Below are positions 21,045 to 30,951 of a stretch of DNA of 64,000 nucleotides, one piece after another (the stretch's first letter is position 1; each line of letters opens with the position of its first letter). Location: assembly GCA_963675295.2 (NCBI GenBank), contig CAXXKJ010000002.1:3424001-3488000 (forward strand), given 5' to 3'. Below the pieces are notes generated by a model. It was not told the DNA's origin. It made no database searches and saw nothing but the letters and a program-made list of their open reading frames with translations. This DNA is from a bacterium. Lineage in GTDB: Bacteria; Electryoneota; Electryoneia; Electryoneales; Electryoneaceae. The translations under genes and the position numbers were made by a program.

Positions 21045-21563
21045 ATGGATAGTGAACGAGTGGAAGATCGCAAACTCGCCCAGGCGTTGAGTTCGGGAGA
21101 TTTCAGCCCGGACAGTGACGACACGGCGTTTCTCGGCGCCGTCCGTCACGGCGTCAAGGTACGCCGCAGGCGGCGAGCGGTGCGTAACAGCGCGCTGGCC
21201 TCGCTGACCGTGCTGCTGCTGGTGGTCGGTGTGTTCCAGCCGTGGAACGGGGCGCAGCAGCAGTTTGGCCCGTTGCTTACCAGCGAGGAAGGCATCGCCG
21301 CGATCGGCTTCAGCGAGGATGAATTGCTGACACTGACGGACAACTACGACGAGCTGTTTTCGTTGACGGATGACCAGGAAGCCTTACAGGACATATCTTC
21401 CGAGCTGGAGACGTTGTTTAGTGTGGGTGATGTGGCTGATCCAGTCGCCTACCTTGCCGGCTACGACGAAGAGGTGCAGGATCAGGTGCTGGAACAGCTG
21501 AAGTCGATGAGCATCTTCGACAACCCGGGACAGATCCAGTTCTCCGCAGAGGGGGAAATATGA
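21045..21563 (+). CDS. Putative single-pass anti-sigma factor
   Basis: Follows the ECF sigma; GGAGGA RBS; basic stretch, one TM, and an acidic periplasmic part. Confidence 0.6.
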   Translation: MDSERVEDRKLAQALSSGDFSPDSDDTAFLGAVRHGVKVRRRRRAVRNSALASLTVLLLVVGVFQPWNGAQQQFGPLLTSEEGIAAIGFSEDELLTLTDNYDELFSLTDDQEALQDISSELETLFSVGDVADPVAYLAGYDEEVQDQVLEQLKSMSIFDNPGQIQFSAEGEI

Positions 21564-22144
21564 TTCAGACACGACGACACTCAGCACTGCTGCTGATGGT
21601 TTTGATTGCGATACTGTTCGCCGCCACGGTAGTCGCGCAACCGCCGGATCCTGGCAATCAGCCGCCGATGACCGAAGAGCAGCAGGAACAGTTGCGCCAG
21701 CGGATTGAATCGATGCGCATCTGGAAGCTGACCGAACTGCTGCAGCTCGATCCGGACAAGGCAGCTGTGTTTTTCCCGATGTACCGGCAGCATCTCGTCG
21801 AACTGGATACGTTGCAGCGCCGGCAGATGGAGCTCGACCAGACCATCGAAGCGGGCCTGCACGGTGAGACAGTCGATTACGATAAGCTGATCAAGCAATC
21901 CTTCGACCTGACCGAGCAACAGAACAAGCTGGTCGAGAAGCTGATCAAGGACTCCGGCAAGGTGCTCAGCACCCAGCAGCAAGCGGCACTGGTCCTGTTC
22001 GAACGCCGCTTCCACCAGCGTTTGCGCGAGATGATGTTCGAAGTCTCTCGAGATTTCGGCCCGCCGGGGATGCGGCACCGTGGAGGCATGCAGGACAGCT
22101 CCGGTCGCGGTATGGGTCGCGGGTACGGTAGCCCCGGACGGTAG
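21560..22144 (+). CDS. Periplasmic helical protein, Spy/CpxP-like
   Basis: Signal peptide, LQLDPDKAAVFFPMY, LSTQQQAALVLFE, and a Gly/Met/Arg tail; typical third gene of ECF modules. Confidence 0.65.
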   Translation: MIQTRRHSALLLMVLIAILFAATVVAQPPDPGNQPPMTEEQQEQLRQRIESMRIWKLTELLQLDPDKAAVFFPMYRQHLVELDTLQRRQMELDQTIEAGLHGETVDYDKLIKQSFDLTEQQNKLVEKLIKDSGKVLSTQQQAALVLFERRFHQRLREMMFEVSRDFGPPGMRHRGGMQDSSGRGMGRGYGSPGR

Positions 22145-22455
22145 ACAGGCTGAGCAAGATGGATCGCGGACGGGTTGACAACACCCATCTTTCGACGATA
22201 TCGCAACCGCAGCATTCGAAACGACTTAACTCATCTCAAGGGACGCCGGCACCCGCCACGCGTCCCCGTTTTTTCTCACTAAATACCCACTCGCTTGAAA
22301 CCGAAAGAGAGCCACTCTGGCTCTCGTTGTCTCCTGTCACTTCGAAAAACGGAGCCATACTGTAGTATCTGATAAAATTTATCACTAATATAAGTAAGAA
22401 TATCAGTTTAGGATAATAGAGAATTATAGTATTTTTAGTTTTTAAACGGGTAGAA

Positions 22456-23040
22456 TCAGGCAGTGACGGGTCTTTGCGGTGCGGGCAGAAAGGTATCCAT
22501 GGTGTTGAACAGGTGGCGCAGACTGCGTTCGTCGTCCACATTTGACGCCGGGGAGACAATCAATGTCGCACTGTAGAGGCGGTTATCGTTGTTGAAGGTG
22601 ACTTTGTGCGGGCTGTGAGCATGCGCGAACAGAAGTTCGACATAGGGATCGGGATCGGTGGCCAGCAGGACGGTCACACGTGCCGACCGTCTCGCGATGT
22701 TTTCGCAGAGCCCACGTGTTGGCAGGGCGAAGCGGGTAGCCTGTTCGGTTCCGTACGGGACGCAGGTCCAGTTGACCGGGAGACCGTCCAGCTCGTTCCA
22801 TGCGGTTCCGGGAGTGATGCAAGTGATTGTGCGGTACGGAGCGTCGTTAAAGTTAGCTCTGGCAAACCTGAGCTCTCTAGTCGCCGTTTTGGAGTCGCTG
22901 CTGGTGATCAGGATGATGTGATCGCCGGGATCGGTGGTGGTGCTGGAGCGAGCAGACGCTCGTTCCGCCTGCCGGATGTGGCGGCGGTAGACCCAGTCTC
23001 GCAGCAATCGATAGACGCCTTTGGCTTCGATGAGGCTCAT
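22456..23040 (-). CDS. Hypothetical protein (possibly DUF6913-like)
   Basis: Coding-like ORF from MSLIEAK; family resemblance is from memory only. Confidence 0.5.
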   Translation of the reverse strand: MSLIEAKGVYRLLRDWVYRRHIRQAERASARSSTTTDPGDHIILITSSDSKTATRELRFARANFNDAPYRTITCITPGTAWNELDGLPVNWTCVPYGTEQATRFALPTRGLCENIARRSARVTVLLATDPDPYVELLFAHAHSPHKVTFNNDNRLYSATLIVSPASNVDDERSLRHLFNTMDTFLPAPQRPVTA

Positions 23041-23299
23041 GCAGGGAATGGTAGCTTGTCGCCGGGTCCGGAGCAATTGCCGGAGGAGTGGAGCACGGAG
23101 AGCCTCCTGGAGATTCGGTCGAGTGAACCGGCTGTCATTTTTTCTCGATTTCAAAGAGGCTCTGGTAGTGGCGGTAGCGAGGGACTATCTTCTTCCCTGC
23201 TCCAGTTTTTGCCCAACTCTGCAAATTAGCGCGGCACTCTTGCACACGAAAAACTGATACATACATGTGGGGAAGGTCCAACCAGAACGGAGATCGAAG

Positions 23300-25861
23300 A
23301 TGAAGTTGTTACGGATTCTATTGGTTGCGGCTCTGCTCGTGCCTGTATTGACGGGGGCAGCATTCGCGTTCGAGAAAACCGTACTCATCGAGTACTTCAC
23401 GAACACGGGTTGCGGTCCTTGCGCGGGCCAGCACGACCCAATCGAAAACATGCTCGCACAGTATACGCGTGATGAGATTGCGTTCATCTGCTATCACGTG
23501 AGCTGGCCGAGCAGTTCGGATGGCTACTACCAGGCCAACATCAGCGAAAACAGTGGTCGCTGGGGTTACTACGGCGTTAACTCGGTGCCGTGGTTCGAAG
23601 GCGAAGGCATCTACAATGACAACCCGCTATCGGGTGTCCTGCCGCAGACGGCTGCCCGGATCGGCAATTACACGCCGTTCGACATCGACCTCGGCGACTG
23701 GCCGGCACAGGGTACGACGGTGCCAATCAGCGCGACGGTGACCTGCGCGGAAGCGACTACGGGCGACATGCGCTTCAACATCGTCCTCGTCGACAAGATG
23801 CAGGTGGTCCCGCCGGGCTCGAACGGGATCGATGACTACAAGTACAACATGCTCGACATGGCGTTCTCGTACAGCGGTCAGACGTTCACCTCCACCGGTG
23901 GTAACCAGGAGCTGGACTTCAGCTACGACTTCAGCATTCCGGCCAACAACACGTTCGGCAACCTCGCCGTCGTCGCGTACGTGCAGAACTACTCGACTGG
24001 CGAGATCATGCAGTCGGCGTACCTCTCCTCGCCGGAAGTCGTGATTGCTGGTACCGTCACGCACGCCATCACCGGTCTCCCGATGTGGCTGGCGGTTGTG
24101 CAGTTGAACGGTGGCAATGACGGCGAAGACATTACCGGTCAGGACGGGAGCTACAGCTTCAACGGCCTCGGTTCTGGTGACTACGCGTTCAGCGTCTTCA
24201 TGAACAACTACGAGACTCTTGAAATTCCGGCTGAGTTCTTCGACTATGGCAACCACACGCGTGACTTCGAGCTGATGAACCAGCACGAAGGCCTCATGAT
24301 GGTTTCCGGTGTTGGGTCGGAAGATGTGGTCAGCGGTGCGGACGAAGTCGGCAACCTGGCGTTCCTCGCCTGTGGTACCGACGGTCTCAAGATCGTGGAC
24401 ATTACTGATTTCGAGAACCCGGTAGATGTCGGTTCCCTCGATGTCGGTGACGACGCGATGGACGTTGTCGTTGATGGTGACTACGCGTATGTCAGCGGTG
24501 TGAACGCGGTGTACGTGGTTGATATCAGCACCCCGTCGAGCCCCTCGCTGGCGACGTCGGTGACCACCTCGTCGAGCAACTTCAACCTCGACAAGGCTGG
24601 CAACTACGTGTACGTCGCGGGTGCGAGTGCGGGTCTCGTCGTGATCGACGCGTCGACTCCGGGCAGCGCCTCGCTGGTGACCGAGTTTGACACGCCGGGT
24701 TATGCGCGTGATCTGTACGTGATGGGCGGTTATGTCTACATCGCGGACGGTTCGCAGGGTCTGGCGATCATCGATGTGTCAACCCCGGGCAGCCCGAGCC
24801 TGACCAGCAACATCAACAGCAGCGGTTATGCCGGCGGCGTTGAGATCGTCGACGATGTCGCGTACCTCGCGGACGACTCCAACGGCGTGATGATGATTGA
24901 CGTTTCAGACGTCAACAACCCGACCGACCTGGGTTCGTTCGATACGACAGGTCGCGCAAAGCAGCTCGATTCCGTCGACAACTACCTGATCGTCGCGGAA
25001 TACGCGAACGGTCTGTATGCGTACAGCCTGACCGGAACCCCGGCGCAGGTTGGCTACACGCTGACCCCGGGTGCCAACACGAATAACGTGACGGCCTTCG
25101 GCGATCACCTGTACGTTGCGGATGATGACTGGTTCCTGTTCACAGATGCGTCCGGTCTCGCTTCGACCCCGGGTGTTGTCTTTGAGGTGACCGGTATCAA
25201 CACGCAGATTCCGGCTGGCGGCGGTACGTTGACCTACAACGTCAACTTCCAGTACAACCTGCCGAACCCGGTGAACTCGGTTGAGTACTGGACCAAGGTG
25301 ACCACACCTGGTGGCCAGACCCTCGGCCCGATCATGCTGCAGTCGTTCAACGCGACTCCGGGCATGCAGGTTAACACGAACATCGCGCATCAGGTTCCGG
25401 GTACGCTCGGCGCAGGCACCTACACCTACCGTGCCTACCTCGGGAACTATCCGAACCCGCAGTTGATGGATACGTTCACGTTTACGAAGGACGGCAATGC
25501 GCTGGCCGACGTGATCGACCTCGGCGAGTGGACCACCACTGGTGGCTTCGACAACCTGGCGCAGCTGGCGTCTGAGTTCGAAACCGTGCTTCCGACCGAA
25601 TACGCGATCGAAAATGCGTATCCGAACCCGTTCAACCCGACCACGACGATCAACGTCGCTCTGCCGGAAGCGGCTGAGCTGAACGTGACCGTTTACAACG
25701 TGATCGGTCAGCAGGTTGCTCAGCTTGCGAACGGCCGGATGGATGCGGGACGTCATACGTTGACGTTTGACGCGTCGAACCTCTCCAGCGGTCTGTACTT
25801 CGTTCGTGCCACGGTTCCTGGGCACATGAATGATGTCCAGAAGGTCATGCTGGTCCGCTAA
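23300..25861 (+). CDS. Secreted multidomain protein: Omp28/thioredoxin-like CxxC, carboxypeptidase-regulatory-like, LVIVD repeats, unnamed Ig-like domain, T9SS CTD
   Basis: VLIEYFTNTGCGPC; repeated GL.I.D.S.P motifs; ends AYPNPFNPTTTI...SSGLYF..KVMLVR. Confidence 0.88.
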   Translation: MKLLRILLVAALLVPVLTGAAFAFEKTVLIEYFTNTGCGPCAGQHDPIENMLAQYTRDEIAFICYHVSWPSSSDGYYQANISENSGRWGYYGVNSVPWFEGEGIYNDNPLSGVLPQTAARIGNYTPFDIDLGDWPAQGTTVPISATVTCAEATTGDMRFNIVLVDKMQVVPPGSNGIDDYKYNMLDMAFSYSGQTFTSTGGNQELDFSYDFSIPANNTFGNLAVVAYVQNYSTGEIMQSAYLSSPEVVIAGTVTHAITGLPMWLAVVQLNGGNDGEDITGQDGSYSFNGLGSGDYAFSVFMNNYETLEIPAEFFDYGNHTRDFELMNQHEGLMMVSGVGSEDVVSGADEVGNLAFLACGTDGLKIVDITDFENPVDVGSLDVGDDAMDVVVDGDYAYVSGVNAVYVVDISTPSSPSLATSVTTSSSNFNLDKAGNYVYVAGASAGLVVIDASTPGSASLVTEFDTPGYARDLYVMGGYVYIADGSQGLAIIDVSTPGSPSLTSNINSSGYAGGVEIVDDVAYLADDSNGVMMIDVSDVNNPTDLGSFDTTGRAKQLDSVDNYLIVAEYANGLYAYSLTGTPAQVGYTLTPGANTNNVTAFGDHLYVADDDWFLFTDASGLASTPGVVFEVTGINTQIPAGGGTLTYNVNFQYNLPNPVNSVEYWTKVTTPGGQTLGPIMLQSFNATPGMQVNTNIAHQVPGTLGAGTYTYRAYLGNYPNPQLMDTFTFTKDGNALADVIDLGEWTTTGGFDNLAQLASEFETVLPTEYAIENAYPNPFNPTTTINVALPEAAELNVTVYNVIGQQVAQLANGRMDAGRHTLTFDASNLSSGLYFVRATVPGHMNDVQKVMLVR

Positions 25862-25888
25862 GCGCCATAGCGCTATCTGGCGAAACAA

Positions 25889-25920
25889 TACGAGCCGTCC
25901 GGTATTCCGGACGGCTCGTT
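25889..25920 (+). terminator. Rho-independent terminator hairpin; left copy of the IS target duplication
   Basis: acgagccgtccgg-tatt-ccggacggctcgt; identical 32-mer at 27535-27566. Confidence 0.9.
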
Positions 25921-27534
25921 CAGACTGCTGACAAACCCCGTCATTTGATGGGGTTTGTTTTGTATTCACACGGCACATCCTACTGGTTGGATTTGTGGTA
26001 TAGTTGGCAGGTTGTGTTTGGTTCTTCGCTCGATTTTTCTGTCGAGACCGTTGAGCGTGGTGCGCTGGGATAGAAGACCGGCTAAATAGGTCCATAGTCT
26101 TGAGATAGAGGGGTGTTTCGCCATTGTCATGGCGATCTTCTTCATGTTCTGGCAGGCGGCGGACAGCAGGCATTGTTCACGTGCTCCGGCTATCGAGCGC
26201 AGCCGGGCATAGCGATGGCCATACAGTTGTTTGGCTTCGCCGAAGCTGCGTTCGACCGTCTCCCGTCGTCGCCGGTACGTGGCCCGTCCGCGTTCTGTCC
26301 GAGCGGTCGCGATCATCTTTTCACGGCTGGCCTGCCACACGTGCCGGGTGACCACCTTGCGGTGATTGGCGCTTTCGGTGCATTGCTGCAACAGGGGACA
26401 GAGGACACAGCACGACGGGTCGGAAACATATTCCTGGTAGCCTTCACGTGTCGTCGTGCGATACGGTAGTGTCTGGCCGCCGGGACAGTGGTAGACATCC
26501 CCCAGCGAATCGTACACAAACAGTCGTTTTGCCAGCATTCCCTTCTTGCGTGTCGTACGTACCGAGCCGATCACGCCGTCGATCTTTCGATCCTCCAGCC
26601 CCTTGCAGATGGCGGCGGTATTGTAGCCGGCGTCGAGACCGACCCTTTCCACCGGGAAGTGGAATTTGCGAATCTGTGTGTCGAGACGCTCGAGGTAGGG
26701 GGTGCTGTCATGTACATTGCCGGGGGTGACATGCGTGTCGGTGATGATTCCGGCCTTGTTGTCTACGGTACGGTGGTCAAGGTAGAAAAAGCCCTGCGGC
26801 TTGCCGTCCCGGACCATGAAGCCGCTGTCCGGATCGGTGGTGCTGACCTTGATTTCCTTTGTCGCCGGCGGTGATGAATCGTCATTGTCACGTTTCTTCA
26901 GTGGCTTTTTGCCATGCGCCAGGCGATCCGCATCCACCGCCTCTTCCAGATCGGACAGATACGACTTCGTCGCCACTGTCACCTGCCGCTTCTTGAACTT
27001 CTTCTTGTTCGCGCTGGCTTTCAGGTGCGTCGAATCGGTGAACAAGACCCGGCCATCGACCAGGCCACGACGGATCGCCAGCAGCACGATCTCGTCGAAG
27101 ATCTCCTGGAAGATGGTGCTTTCACGGAAACGGCGTCGTCGATTCTGGCTGATCGTGGACGCGTCCGGCACCTTGTCACGCAGATCCAGCCCGAGGAACC
27201 AGCGATAGGCAACATTGACCTGGATCTCACGCACCAGCTGACGCTCGGACCGAATTCCGTACAGGTAACCGATGAACAACATCTTGAACAGAAGGACAGG
27301 GTCAACAGCCGGACGGCCATTGTCGGCGCTGTAGAGATGCTTTACACGATCCCGGATAAACGAAAAATCAATTGCCGCATCAATCTTCCGCAAAAGATGA
27401 TCGTCCGGGACCAAATCGTCAATGTAAATAAGCTCCGCTGCGCTTTGATGAGCTTTGGAAGTAGGTAGCATCTACAAAGATACAAAACAAATCCCCACAG
27501 GTCGAGAGCCCGTGGGGACTTTGTCAGCAGTCTG
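25921..27534 (-). mobile_element. IS1182-family insertion sequence, 1614 bp
   Basis: 15-bp perfect terminal inverted repeats CAGACTGCTGACAAA, 32-bp flanking direct repeat, single transposase. Confidence 0.93.
25966..27471 (-). CDS. IS1182-family DDE transposase
   Basis: LVPDDHLLRKID, GRPAVDP, SERQL, DSTHLKASA, TDPDSG, DAGY, CPGG..CPL..CT, RRETVERSFGEAK. Confidence 0.95.
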   Translation of the reverse strand: MLPTSKAHQSAAELIYIDDLVPDDHLLRKIDAAIDFSFIRDRVKHLYSADNGRPAVDPVLLFKMLFIGYLYGIRSERQLVREIQVNVAYRWFLGLDLRDKVPDASTISQNRRRRFRESTIFQEIFDEIVLLAIRRGLVDGRVLFTDSTHLKASANKKKFKKRQVTVATKSYLSDLEEAVDADRLAHGKKPLKKRDNDDSSPPATKEIKVSTTDPDSGFMVRDGKPQGFFYLDHRTVDNKAGIITDTHVTPGNVHDSTPYLERLDTQIRKFHFPVERVGLDAGYNTAAICKGLEDRKIDGVIGSVRTTRKKGMLAKRLFVYDSLGDVYHCPGGQTLPYRTTTREGYQEYVSDPSCCVLCPLLQQCTESANHRKVVTRHVWQASREKMIATARTERGRATYRRRRETVERSFGEAKQLYGHRYARLRSIAGAREQCLLSAACQNMKKIAMTMAKHPSISRLWTYLAGLLSQRTTLNGLDRKIERRTKHNLPTIPQIQPVGCAV

Positions 27535-27592
27535 TACGAGCCGTCCGGTATTCCGGACGGCTCGTTTTCCTTCTGGACCCGTGGCTCAGTTC

Positions 27593-27844
27593 TTACTCGA
27601 CAGCAGCGTCAGACTCAGACCCGTTGTCTCGCGGCGAACTGTAGCGCCAGAATCGCGGCGGCTTGCCGTTGCCTGAATGCAGGTACACAATACTCGGCGC
27701 ATGTGTTCGTGCGATCTGGCGAGCCAGATCGACGATCATGTCTTTGTAGGGGTCCCGTGCGTACACACGCCCGCTTGTTTCCTGCAATGTCCAATTGTTG
27801 GCCGAGTCCTTTCGAATGTGAAAGGTCTTTACCCCTTCGACCAT
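27593..27844 (-). CDS. DUF2188-like small protein
   Basis: FHI..NNWTLQ..A..AR.IA..VYLHSGNGK pattern. Confidence 0.65.
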   Translation of the reverse strand: MVEGVKTFHIRKDSANNWTLQETSGRVYARDPYKDMIVDLARQIARTHAPSIVYLHSGNGKPPRFWRYSSPRDNGSESDAAVE

Positions 27845-28282
27845 ATTGTCCCCACCCGGTAGGTTAAGTCGTTCCTGCCCTTCTCAAGCTTACAGCTGCT
27901 TTATCGCTGAGTAAGGCTGAGAATCGCCATCCAACGCCCTGTCTCCAGGAGAGGTAACTTGTTGCTACTATGAGAGATAGCAACTGAACTCAACAGTTGT
28001 GAACAGCAAGTACAATTGGAGAAGTCTGCTTGTACACGGGAAATCAAGAAGCAATGACGTTTGTGGACAACTCTTGGGTAATGGTTGTAATTTTATTCAT
28101 TCAATAGCAGTATTTCTTGCATCGGAATTACAAGTATGCTCATTCTCAACATCGACGATTGTCTTGCAGCCGTCTCGACCTCAGCTGGCCCCGGCTTGCC
28201 TTTCAAGTTAGGAGCGTTTTACTTACGGTTTCAGTCGCATCATCCTCATGAATGGGCAGCAACACCGAAGGAGAAGTCACAG

Positions 28283-29371
28283 ATGCATGCACCCCCGCTT
28301 CCGATCAGCCACATTCATCATGTCGAGCTCGCCGTCGGCAATGCCAAGCAGGCGTCTTACTATTACCGCAACGCGTTTGGTTTTGACCAGGTCGGCTACG
28401 CCGGCCCGGAGACCGGCCAGCGTGATCGCGCGTCGTATCTCTTGAGACAGGGCAACGCACACATCATCCTGACGACGCCGATTTACAAGGATGATCCGCT
28501 CGCGGTATTTCTCAATGAACACGGTGATGGTGTTATCGACATCGCCTTCCGCGTCAACAACGTGGACTCGGATCATGTTTCCGCGGTCAGCCGTGGCGCG
28601 AAGGAAGCTGCGGCACCGTTTACGGTCAAGGACAAGCACGGTGAAGTGCGGCGTTCTGCGATCCATACATACGGTGATGTCGTCCACACCTTCATCAATT
28701 CGGACAGTTACGACGGGTTCTTCCTGCCCAACTTCGAGCCGTGGAAGATTCAGGGCCGCAACAACGGCCTGCGCGCGTTCGACCACATGGTCGGCAACGT
28801 GGAAGACCGGCAGATGGATGTCTGGGCAAACTGGTACCAGCAGGTGCTCGGCTTCCAGCAGTTCCTCAGCTTCGACGACAAGCAGATTTCGACGGCGCAC
28901 TCGGCCCTGCGCAGCAAGGTGATGGCGTCCGACAACATGCGCATCAAGATGCCAATCAATGAACCGGCGGACGGGCTGAAAAAAAGTCAGATCCAGGAAT
29001 ACGTCGAGTTCAACAACGGTCCAGGCGTGCAGCACATCGCGTTATACACCGAGGACATTATCGACACCCTGTCCACCATGTACGAACAGGGCGTCGAATT
29101 CCTCGAGGTGCCGGACGCGTATTACGACGAGTTGCAGGACCGTGTCGGTGCGATCCAGGAAGATATCAGCGTGCTCAAGAAGCTCAAAGTGCTGGTCGAC
29201 CGGGACGAAAAGGGCTACCTGTTGCAGCTGTTCACCAAGCCGGTGGAAGATCGTCCAACGTTGTTCTACGAAGTTATCCAGCGTCGCGGCGCGGAAGGCT
29301 TTGGTGCCGGTAACTTCAAGGCGTTGTTTGAGGCGATCGAACGGGAGCAGGCTCGCCGCGGAAATCTGTAA
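28283..29371 (+). CDS. hppD: 4-hydroxyphenylpyruvate dioxygenase
   Basis: HGDGVIDIAF, DHMVGNV, PINEPA..KSQIQEY, GPGVQHIAL, GFGAGNFKALFEAIEREQARRGNL. Confidence 0.97.
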   Translation: MHAPPLPISHIHHVELAVGNAKQASYYYRNAFGFDQVGYAGPETGQRDRASYLLRQGNAHIILTTPIYKDDPLAVFLNEHGDGVIDIAFRVNNVDSDHVSAVSRGAKEAAAPFTVKDKHGEVRRSAIHTYGDVVHTFINSDSYDGFFLPNFEPWKIQGRNNGLRAFDHMVGNVEDRQMDVWANWYQQVLGFQQFLSFDDKQISTAHSALRSKVMASDNMRIKMPINEPADGLKKSQIQEYVEFNNGPGVQHIALYTEDIIDTLSTMYEQGVEFLEVPDAYYDELQDRVGAIQEDISVLKKLKVLVDRDEKGYLLQLFTKPVEDRPTLFYEVIQRRGAEGFGAGNFKALFEAIEREQARRGNL

Positions 29372-29377
29372 CTGGTG

Positions 29378-29631
29378 GCCGGTTATCGGCAATAGCTATC
29401 GGTTATCGGTATCCGGTAAACGGTTGTCGGTAGTCTGTGGGTTGTTGCCATAGCCCATAGCCTACAGCCCGAGGTCAGTGGTCAGTGACTCATCACTCAT
29501 CACTCACGACTGGATACGTGCCCGTGTTTGCTTGCAAACGCGGACCCGGACAAGCAACGAATTTGGATCCAGAGCCCAGAGCCCGATTTCTCAAGTCCGA
29601 GAGACAAGAGACTAAAGACGAAAGACGAGAA
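29378..29631. repeat. Composite heptamer-array region with an inverted REP-like hairpin
   Basis: TCGGTTA-like, ATAGCCC, GGTCAGT, ACTCATC, CAGAGCC and GAGACAA-like arrays; gtgcccgtgtttgc-tt-gcaaacgcgg. Confidence 0.88.
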
Positions 29632-29633
29632 CC

Positions 29634-30800
29634 ATGCCCATCTATCACACCTTAGGCGACATCCCGCGGAAACGGCACACCGTCTTCCCGAAGAAGAGCG
29701 GCGACGGCATCCATCACGAAGAATTGATGGGGACGTATGGCTTCGACGGCGCCTCCTCCCTGCTGTACCACCTCCATCCGCCGACAACGGTGCTCAAGGA
29801 ACGGCAGTTGCAGATCGTGAACTGGGAAGCCGACCCTGAACCGCATGTGCGGATGCGGCATTTCCGTCTCTTCGATTTGCCGAAGGGTGGCAGTCCGGTG
29901 CTGAACCGTATCCCGGTGCTGTACAACAATCACGTCGCGGTCAGCTTTGTCCAGCCGGACAAGTCGGATGATTTCTTCTTCCGCAACAGTCAGGGCGATG
30001 AGCTGGTGTACATCGCGGAAGGTGAGGGTGTACTCGAGTCGGTTTACGGCGACCTGCCGTACCACGCCGGCGACCACCTGATCATCCACCGTGGCATCCT
30101 GCACCGGTTCAAGCTGGGCAAGGGTCCGCATCGGTATATGGTCTTTGAGGGCACCGGGTACTTCCGCTATCCGAAGCGCTACCAGAACGATAAGGGCCAG
30201 CTGCTTGAACACAGTCCGTATTGCGAACGCGACATCCGCCGTCCGGAGTCGCTGCAGGTCCACGACGAAAAGGGCGAGTTCAAGCTGGTGATCAAGCGGC
30301 AGAACGTGCTCACCGAAGCGATTCTCGGCTCACATCCGTTCGACGTCGTCGGCTGGGACGGATACTACTACCCGTGGGCGTTCAACATCAACGACTTTGA
30401 GCCGATCACCGGCAGCCTGCACCAGCCGCCACCAGTGCACCAGAGTTTCGAATGCGAACGATTTGTCGTCTGCGCGTTTGTGCCACGCATGTTCGATTAC
30501 CACCCCCAGGCGATCCCGGCGCCGTACAACCACTCGAATGTGATGAGTGACGAGATGCTGTTCTATGCCAACGACGAGTTCATGAGCCGCAAGGGGATTG
30601 AAATGGGGTCGTTGACGCTGCATCCGGCCGGTTTCCCGCACGGTCCGCAGCCGGGCAAGTACGAGGGCAGTGTCGGCGCCAAGCGCACCGAGGAAATCGC
30701 GGTGATGATGGACACCTTCGACCCGGTCAAGATCGCCAGGGCGGTGACGCAGGTCGAGGATCACACCTACGGCCGCTCGTGGATCAACAACATCGAGTAG
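29634..30800 (+). CDS. hmgA: Homogentisate 1,2-dioxygenase
   Basis: HPFDVVGWDG, HQPPPVH, PYNHSNVMSDE, TLHPAGFPHGPQPG; follows hppD. Confidence 0.93.
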   Translation: MPIYHTLGDIPRKRHTVFPKKSGDGIHHEELMGTYGFDGASSLLYHLHPPTTVLKERQLQIVNWEADPEPHVRMRHFRLFDLPKGGSPVLNRIPVLYNNHVAVSFVQPDKSDDFFFRNSQGDELVYIAEGEGVLESVYGDLPYHAGDHLIIHRGILHRFKLGKGPHRYMVFEGTGYFRYPKRYQNDKGQLLEHSPYCERDIRRPESLQVHDEKGEFKLVIKRQNVLTEAILGSHPFDVVGWDGYYYPWAFNINDFEPITGSLHQPPPVHQSFECERFVVCAFVPRMFDYHPQAIPAPYNHSNVMSDEMLFYANDEFMSRKGIEMGSLTLHPAGFPHGPQPGKYEGSVGAKRTEEIAVMMDTFDPVKIARAVTQVEDHTYGRSWINNIE

Positions 30801-30866
30801 TTCGCACAACGGAGCCCGGGTGATGATTGTGGATGCACTCGTCTCTGCGTATCCGTCTCGCAACTC

Positions 30867-30894
30867 AAGCCACGCGGTTTCGCGTGGCTTTTCT
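30867..30894 (+). terminator. Rho-independent terminator
   Basis: aagccacgcg-gttt-cgcgtggctt followed by ttct. Confidence 0.75.
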
Positions 30895-30951
30895 CTGTCC
30901 AGATGTGGGGATAACGTACAGGTGTGACACGTTGTCAGCCGTGGAGGATCC

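Noticed and set aside
22170-22278. Small RNA between TTGACA (22175) and the hairpin/T-tract near 22240-22276
   Set aside because: No acceptable -10 element; the hairpin is adequately explained as the ECF operon terminator.
23390-23430. Selenoprotein (given selA) at the thioredoxin-like motif
   Set aside because: The motif is CGPC encoded by TGC codons. No convincing in-frame UGA with downstream homology was found in any gene here, including 34905-35132.
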